Source of the DNA: the human T2T-CHM13v2.0 reference genome, Homo sapiens
Length of the DNA: 64,000 nt
Assembly: GCF_009914755.1 (NCBI RefSeq)
Contig: NC_060936.1
Direction: 5' to 3' (one strand)
Position numbers and translations under genes: made by a program. Below, in pieces: positions 60,031-64,000 of the stretch (positions are counted from its first letter, which is position 1; each line of letters starts with the position of its first letter). The notes under the pieces are model-generated. The model searched no databases and had not been told where the DNA came from. It worked only from the letters and a program-made list of their open reading frames with translations.

Positions 60031-60600
60031 TCACCCTTTTCTGTTTTTTGCATCAGGTTTTGTTGATTGAAGAGTACAGATGTGTGCAGCAACAGGTTTG
60101 TCAGGCACAGCAGTTAACACTCGTATTCCGGCTTTGCATCCTAGAATTAGTAAATAACATAAGACAAACATGAGTATAATCAGTAATATTCTTTTCCAAT
60201 TAAGGAGTGACATGTAGTGTTACTTGGCACCTCAGTCCAGTGTGTGTCATTACTAAGGAACCCCACTGGGGGTATGTTAATCCCTCCTAGCCAAGCAGTT
60301 ACGTTATTAGAGGCCGGGAAGGGGGTGTCTGCCCAGGTAACAGGGTGAAAGAAAGGCGGATTTAGAAGATGGGCCTAATAGAGAGTAGCAGGTACAGATA
60401 GCAGGAAAAGTGAGAGAATAAGAAAAACCAATGTCCTATGAGAGTTGTAATGTACAACAGAAAGCATAGTAAGGAACAAATTATCTGGAGTGAATGGTGT
60501 CTGTGTCCAGAACAGGATTCCCTCAGCCTCCTGAGTTATCTTCTTCAGCATCCCGCAGGTAATGTTTGGGGCTTGTGTCATTCAAGAAAACCGCATCTTC
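60031..60600 (-). pseudogene. HML-5 env remnant: leader/signal peptide and SU start fused to TM C-terminus
   Basis: ORF 60375..60581 (TPDNLFLTMLSVV...LILSLFLLSVPATLY) then PPFFHPVTWADTPFP; ORF 60031..60213 is the hydrophobic TM tail; most of env is missing. Confidence 0.8.
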
Positions 60601-60649
60601 TGGGGCTGCAGGTGCTGCAGGGTCGTTTCCTTCATTTCTGGTACCAGGT

Positions 60650-63205
60650 TGGGTCCTAGCGACACCATAGTATGGTTTGATGCATCATGCTGGAATCCAT
60701 AGAGGACTTGAGGGGGTGTGAACACAAGCATATTCTCTTCCCCATGTCAACAAATCATTTGGACCACACCATACATTACTATTTACATCTTTCCATAAAA
60801 CCACAGGTTTTATGTTTTGAAGAACTTTAGTGAAATGCTTTTCTATGGCTGATTGAAATTTATCATCTAAATTTTAAAAATTAAGGGTAAATAAGGCTTG
60901 TGCCAATAGTGTTGCAGGATCCTTACTCATATTCCCCCTTTTTAGTTTCTTGAGCATATTTTTAAGGGTAGAGTGGACACGTTCTACTATGGCCTGTCCT
61001 TGAGGTTATAAGGGATACCTGTGGAATGTTGGATGTTCCACGTGTGACAAAATTGTTGACATTGTGAGCTGGCATAAGCCAGACCATTATCAGTTTTAAT
61101 TTTTGTGGGCCACCCCATAAACACAAAAGTTAAGAGAAAATGTTTAATAACATATTGGGAGGACTCTTCAGGAAGAGCATGTGTGCTAATTAGGTGAGAA
61201 TTGGTATCAATGGATACATGTATATCTAAGTTTTCCAAATTCAAGGATGTGAATAACATTTGTTTGCCATAACCGATTAGGTTCTAGTCCTCTAGGGTTA
61301 ACACCTGTTGAAGGAGGAGACATGCCTGTGAGTTGGCAATGTGGGCATTGTAAAATAATTTGTTTAGCTAGTCTTTGGGTAGGTTGAAATTGTTTAGTTA
61401 AGTTTCTTCAGTTTTGGTGGAAAAATTGATGCAATTGGGTGGTTTGGTCAAGCAGTGACGTCATAACTTGCAGGTCTGCTTGTTCATTGCCATAAGCCAG
61501 TGGGCCAGGCAGTGAGCTGTGGGCTCGAGTATGTGTGTTAAAAATAGGATATGTACATTGATCCAGCAATTGCTGAAGTTGAAGAAAAAGTGTACACAGG
61601 TGGGCTCGAGAGTGGACTTAATGAGGGCTGTCTTAAGCTTCTGTAATAAATAGAGTAAGCAGAGTCATTAACAATATTGATAAGCTGAGCAGAAAAGGTC
61701 TCCAGGGCCAATATTAAGGCTCCAACCTCAGCTCTCTGAGTGCTGGTAAATCCAGAACAAGTGAGGGAATTATGCAGTTTCCACCAAATAGCCACTTTTC
61801 CATTTTTACCAGAGCCATCAGTGAAAAGCGTTAAAGCATTGGGTATGGGGGAGTGAACTACTTGTGTAGACACAACTACAGGAGTACGAGAAAAGAACTG
61901 AAGTAGTTTGTCAGCAGGAAGGGCATGCTCTGCATGGCCTGCATAATTAGAGAGTGCTATCTGAAGATCTAGAGATAGGGGCAATATTGCTTCGAGTTGC
62001 TTTTTACTCAAAGGAATTCTTATGACATCAGGGTCATAACCTAGAAACTGATTGCATCATCTGCAGCCTGTATAGGTGACTTTACTAACTAGCTGGATAT
62101 AGGGAGATAGTGTTTTAGTCCCAGTACGTGAGCAAAAAACCCATCCTAGGAAGCATAGCCCTGGGGCTGTCTGTCCTATTAATCCTGTTGGGGAATGTTT
62201 AGTAGGGAAAACAAACAATTGAACTGAATATTGCAGGTCTGTGCAATCTAGTTACCTCTGAGAAACAGCTTGCTCTATTTTTTCAATTTCCCTTTTTGCT
62301 GCAGGAGTTAAATACCTGAGAGAGTCTAAGGCTGTATTGCCCTTTAGGATAGAAAACAGGTTATGTAACTTATCAGTAGTTATGCCCAAGATGGGGCAAA
62401 GCCAATTAATATCGCCCAGTAATTTTTGATAATCATTTAAGATATGCAAGTTGATAGTATTTAATTTAACCTTTTGAGGTCTAACTGACCAGAAAGTTAG
62501 TATGTATCCAAGATATTTTCAAGGAGAAGACAATTGTACTTTTTCAGGTGCTATGACTAAACCTCTTAGCTATGTATTCTTTACGACAGAGGCTTATAAA
62601 CTTAAAAGTACTGGCTCCGTTGGGGATGCTAGTAAAATATCATCTATAAAATGAATAATCTTGTATTTAGGAAATTCTTTTCTACTTGGGAGCAAAGCCT
62701 GATTTACATGATACTGACACATGGTAGGACTGTTCAGCATCCCTTGAGGAAGCACTTCCCAATGAAATCAGTGAGCTGGCCTTTCATTATTGATAGCTGG
62801 TATTGTAAACACAAATTTTTCTCTGTCCTGTTCTGCAAGGGGAATAGTACAAAAACAGTCCTTTAAGTTCATAATGACTACAGGCCAATCTTGAGGAATC
62901 GCCACGGGGGAAGGGAGACCCTGTTGAAGGGGCCCTATAGGTTACAAATTAGCACTGATAGCCCGTAAGTCATGCAGAAATCTCCATTTGCCAGACTTTT
63001 GGGAAATGATGAAAATGGGCGAATTCCAAGGGCTGTTTGACGGTTCTGTATGGCTGGCTTTTAATTGCTCCTCAACTAATTCATGGGCCAACTAATTCAT
63101 GGGCTCTTTGTAATTTTTCTCCCTTTAAAGGCTACTGTTCTACCCAAATAGGATTTTGAGAGAGCCATGTCAGGGGGAGGAGAGGAATAACAGTGGCCAT
63201 TATTA
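60650..63205 (-). pseudogene. HML-5 pol remnant (RT, RNase H, integrase) with stops and frameshifts
   Basis: [40 protein letters not shown] (62639-62650), QKLLGDINW, LFTDGS, QRAE, HHCC zinc finger, IKTDNG, HSTGIPYN. Confidence 0.92.
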
Positions 63206-63221
63206 GAAAGAGGTCTGCAGA

Positions 63222-63846
63222 ATGACCTCAGTTAACCCTCTCATAAATGGGCTAGCAGCTGTTTTCTTTAATGCTTTTCCTTATCTCTTTATAAGTGCCG
63301 AAAGTAATGAGTTCATATACCCCATTGCCTTGTTGATCTTGCATTGCCAGGCAGGCTAAGAGCTCCCCTTCTAATGCTGCTACCTAAGACAGGGTCCCAT
63401 AGCTATAGTGTATCCCTTGTCTTTCTTCCAATTTATTGGAGGAGGGGCCTCAGGCAAAACCTCTGTTTCCCCTTTGGTATTTTTGCCCTTTACTGGTGGG
63501 GCTGAGGGAGAAGGAGGAGGCGGTAAGGTAGGTGACGGTTTCTCCTCCCTTCCCTTTTTAGGTTATTCTGTGTAGTGCGGGACCAAAGCAGCCCTAACTA
63601 AGGGCCATAACATTAGAGATGCTACTGGGACCTGATATCCTTGGGCATGATGTTAAGATTTCTCCACACTTGTTCTCAGAGCCCTATGTCTAGCATACCT
63701 TCTTCTGGGAACCATGGGTTATGGGAAACAGCAGTTTGCATTATGTCCCTTAATTGAGCCTGCGAAACTGGGGCTCCACTAGCTTTAAGCAGCTGTTTCA
63801 GTACTTTTATATACTGTTTCTGTTGAGCTGACAACCACTGTCCCAT
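63222..63846 (-). pseudogene. HML-5 gag remnant (matrix, PSAP late domain, start of capsid)
   Basis: ATG at 63846: MGQWLSAQQKQYIKVLKQLLKASGAPVSQAQLRDIMQTAVSHNPWFPEEGMLD then a stop; PSAP at 63497-63508. Confidence 0.88.
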
Positions 63847-63966
63847 GATGAAACCCTAGCCTGAACAATTCCCTCGAACTTGGAAATCCCAAGCGGGCAC
63901 CAATGACTTACTGTGCAGTCTCTTAACCTTCGTTTTTGAGGGTTCCATCGCAATCCATTGCAGCCT

Positions 63967-63984
63967 TCCTCACACGGGGCACCA
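63967..63984 (-). other. Primer binding site for tRNA-Met
   Basis: TGGTGCCCCGTGTGAGGA, 2 nt after the 5' LTR end; complementary to the recalled 3' end of elongator tRNA-Met (TCCTCACACGGGGCACCA). Confidence 0.88.
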
Positions 63985-64000
63985 CCTGCCGAGTCTGTCC

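Larger units (their letters stand above)
59523..64000 (-). mobile_element. HERV-K(HML-5)/HERVK22 provirus, internally deleted; continues beyond window
   Basis: LTR end - PBS - gag - pol - env - PPT - LTR order on the minus strand; betaretroviral protein motifs; tRNA-Met PBS. Confidence 0.9.

Overview
Human (primate) genomic DNA, recognisable as the head-to-head CEP290 / TMTC3 locus (12q21). CEP290 runs on the minus strand: non-coding exon 1 at about 21842-22158, then coding exons 2-15 down to the window start. TMTC3 runs on the plus strand: non-coding exon 1 ending at 22429, then coding exons 2-10 to 56270. The two genes share a CpG-island bidirectional promoter. Every exon listed has GT/AG ends and consistent phases when spliced by hand. 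Introns carry Alu, L1, L2, MaLR, MER41, MER4 and hAT elements, and the last 4.5 kb is a deleted HERV-K(HML-5)/LTR22 provirus antisense to TMTC3. I found no evidence of a new gene system. The best leads are: (1) a CEP290 uORF in frame with the main CDS whose only stop is the last codon of exon 1; (2) a candidate L2-derived TMTC3 cassette exon whose frameshift is exactly cancelled by an internal acceptor in exon 8; (3) a long fold-back palindrome in CEP290 intron 13; (4) a MER41 LTR with an intact GAS motif near the promoter; (5) an inverted pair of HRE cores; (6) a recursive-splice-like start to TMTC3 exon 10. Repeat subfamily names come from recalled consensus sequences and their boundaries are approximate.
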